From an uncultured archaeon (GTDB taxonomy: Archaea > Asgardarchaeota > Thorarchaeia > Thorarchaeales > Thorarchaeaceae): DNA of 46,407 bases. The first letter of the stretch is position 1, and every line of letters starts with the position of its first letter. The notes below the pieces were generated by a model. It did not search any database. It was not told the DNA's origin and saw nothing but the letters and a program-made list of their open reading frames with translations. A program made the translations under genes and the position numbers. The stretch is from the NCBI GenBank assembly GCA_964458565.1, contig CAYWJO010000027.1, forward strand, positions 1-46,407, given 5' to 3'. Below, piece after piece: positions 45,102 to 46,407 of this stretch.

Positions 45102-46407
45102 ATGATGATGAGTGATTATGATGTAATTGTTGCAGGTGCTGGCACCGGTGGTGCGACCACTGCCTATACTTTAGCCAAAAAGGGGCATTCAGTTCTTTTG
45201 ATTGATCGGAAATCAAAGGAGAAAATCGGAGATAAGACATGTGGCGACGCTCTAGGTGATCACCATATCATAGAGTTACGTAGACTCGTTGGAATTCCGG
45301 AGCTCCCTAAAGATATTATCGAACATCCTGTAAACGGTATAGACTTAATTTCACCAGACCGGGAACACAAAATGCGAATGCAGGGACCAACAACAACTGG
45401 AATGTCATTCAACCGCCATAAGATGGGTCAATGGTTTTTGGGTCTTGCTGAAAGTGTTGGCGCTGAGGTGATGGCATCCACGAGAGCTAAGCGTCTTCTT
45501 ATAGATGATGGTAAAGTCAGTGGACTTGCAATCTCACAAGAGGGAGGAACGGACAAAAACATCAGTTCAAAGATAGTTGTTGACGCGACTGGTGCCACAG
45601 GAATGCTTAGACGTCAATTACCTGAATCTTCTCCCATTGAGCGAGTTATTAACAAGGAGGACATGATGGTAGCTTGGCGTGATATCTATGAGACCCCTGA
45701 GTATGATTTTGAAACACCTGATATTCTCGAGATATTCTGGAATCAAGATGAAACATTAGGTGGGTACACGTGGATCTTTCCGCAAGGGAAGAATCGTGTC
45801 AATGTCGGTGTCGGTGTCATGACTATCACAGGTCATAGGAATCCTCAGGAAATAATGTCAAAATTTGTCGCTCCCAATTGGGATTTTATGAAAACAAAAC
45901 TTGTCACCTTAGACAGTAGTGGAGGAGTTGCTCCCATCCGTCGTCCTATTGATACAATGGTGGATGATAACTTTGTTCTGGTCGGTGATGCAGCTTGTCA
46001 AGTTAACCCAATTCATGGTGGTGGTATTGGATCTTCACTTCTAGGTGGTGCTTTGGCTGGAATTACTATGTCTGAGGCATTGGAGGCAGGTGACACATCA
46101 ATCAATGCACTTTGGCCATATAATCCAAAATACATGAAAGCTTATGGTCAAAAACAGGCTTCTCTTGATGTATTTCGATGGTTCTTACTCAACGTGACCA
46201 ATGATGATATCGATTTCGTTTTCAAAAAGAGAATTATCAAAGCTGAAGAGCTACTAGGCACAAGTATGACTGGGCAGATGGATATGGGTGCACTCGAGAA
46301 AGCTAGACGTTTAATGTCAGGGATTAGTAGAATCTCATTTCTGAGACGTGTTGTTAAGGTTGCTGGATTAATGGATGATATTCGAGATGTGTATGCTGAT
46401 TATCCTG
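45102..46407 (+). CDS. Geranylgeranyl reductase family (DGGGPL reductase-like) flavoprotein, truncated by window end
   Basis: Not in the ORF track. YDVIVAGAGTGG, KTCGDALG, GYTWIFP, VNVGVG, VGDAACQVNPIHGGGIG. Confidence 0.92.
   Translation, partial: MMMSDYDVIVAGAGTGGATTAYTLAKKGHSVLLIDRKSKEKIGDKTCGDALGDHHIIELRRLVGIPELPKDIIEHPVNGIDLISPDREHKMRMQGPTTTGMSFNRHKMGQWFLGLAESVGAEVMASTRAKRLLIDDGKVSGLAISQEGGTDKNISSKIVVDATGATGMLRRQLPESSPIERVINKEDMMVAWRDIYETPEYDFETPDILEIFWNQDETLGGYTWIFPQGKNRVNVGVGVMTITGHRNPQEIMSKFVAPNWDFMKTKLVTLDSSGGVAPIRRPIDTMVDDNFVLVGDAACQVNPIHGGGIGSSLLGGALAGITMSEALEAGDTSINALWPYNPKYMKAYGQKQASLDVFRWFLLNVTNDDIDFVFKKRIIKAEELLGTSMTGQMDMGALEKARRLMSGISRISFLRRVVKVAGLMDDIRDVYADYP

Overview
46.4-kb AT-rich archaeal chromosome segment, most likely from an Asgard archaeon of the Thorarchaeia type. 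That placement is inferred from two Rab-like small GTPases, a divergent profilin-like ORF, an LRR protein, a geranylgeranyl reductase and Thr-rich TM-anchored surface proteins. I found no rRNA, tRNA, CRISPR array, transposase or integrase. Contents: a truncated multi-TM sensor with a degenerate His-box; QueG/reductive-dehalogenase-like Fe-S proteins, one behind a PadR regulator with an ATGT-N8-ACAT palindrome; a 1.6-kb recombination-scarred segment bounded by an exact 81-bp direct repeat; a hybrid REC-PAS-HK; an ABC exporter operon; GTP-PEPCK; an M20 peptidase; and a BMP/Nup-type nucleoside ABC importer. The most unusual feature is that importer. Its ATPase (769 aa versus about 500 normally) has two hydrophobic transmembrane-type modules inserted inside its nucleotide-binding domains. 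The second module appears homologous to a 4-TM N-terminal extension of the adjacent permease, which suggests a membrane-integrated ABC ATPase architecture. All family calls come from motif recognition by eye; no database searches were run.
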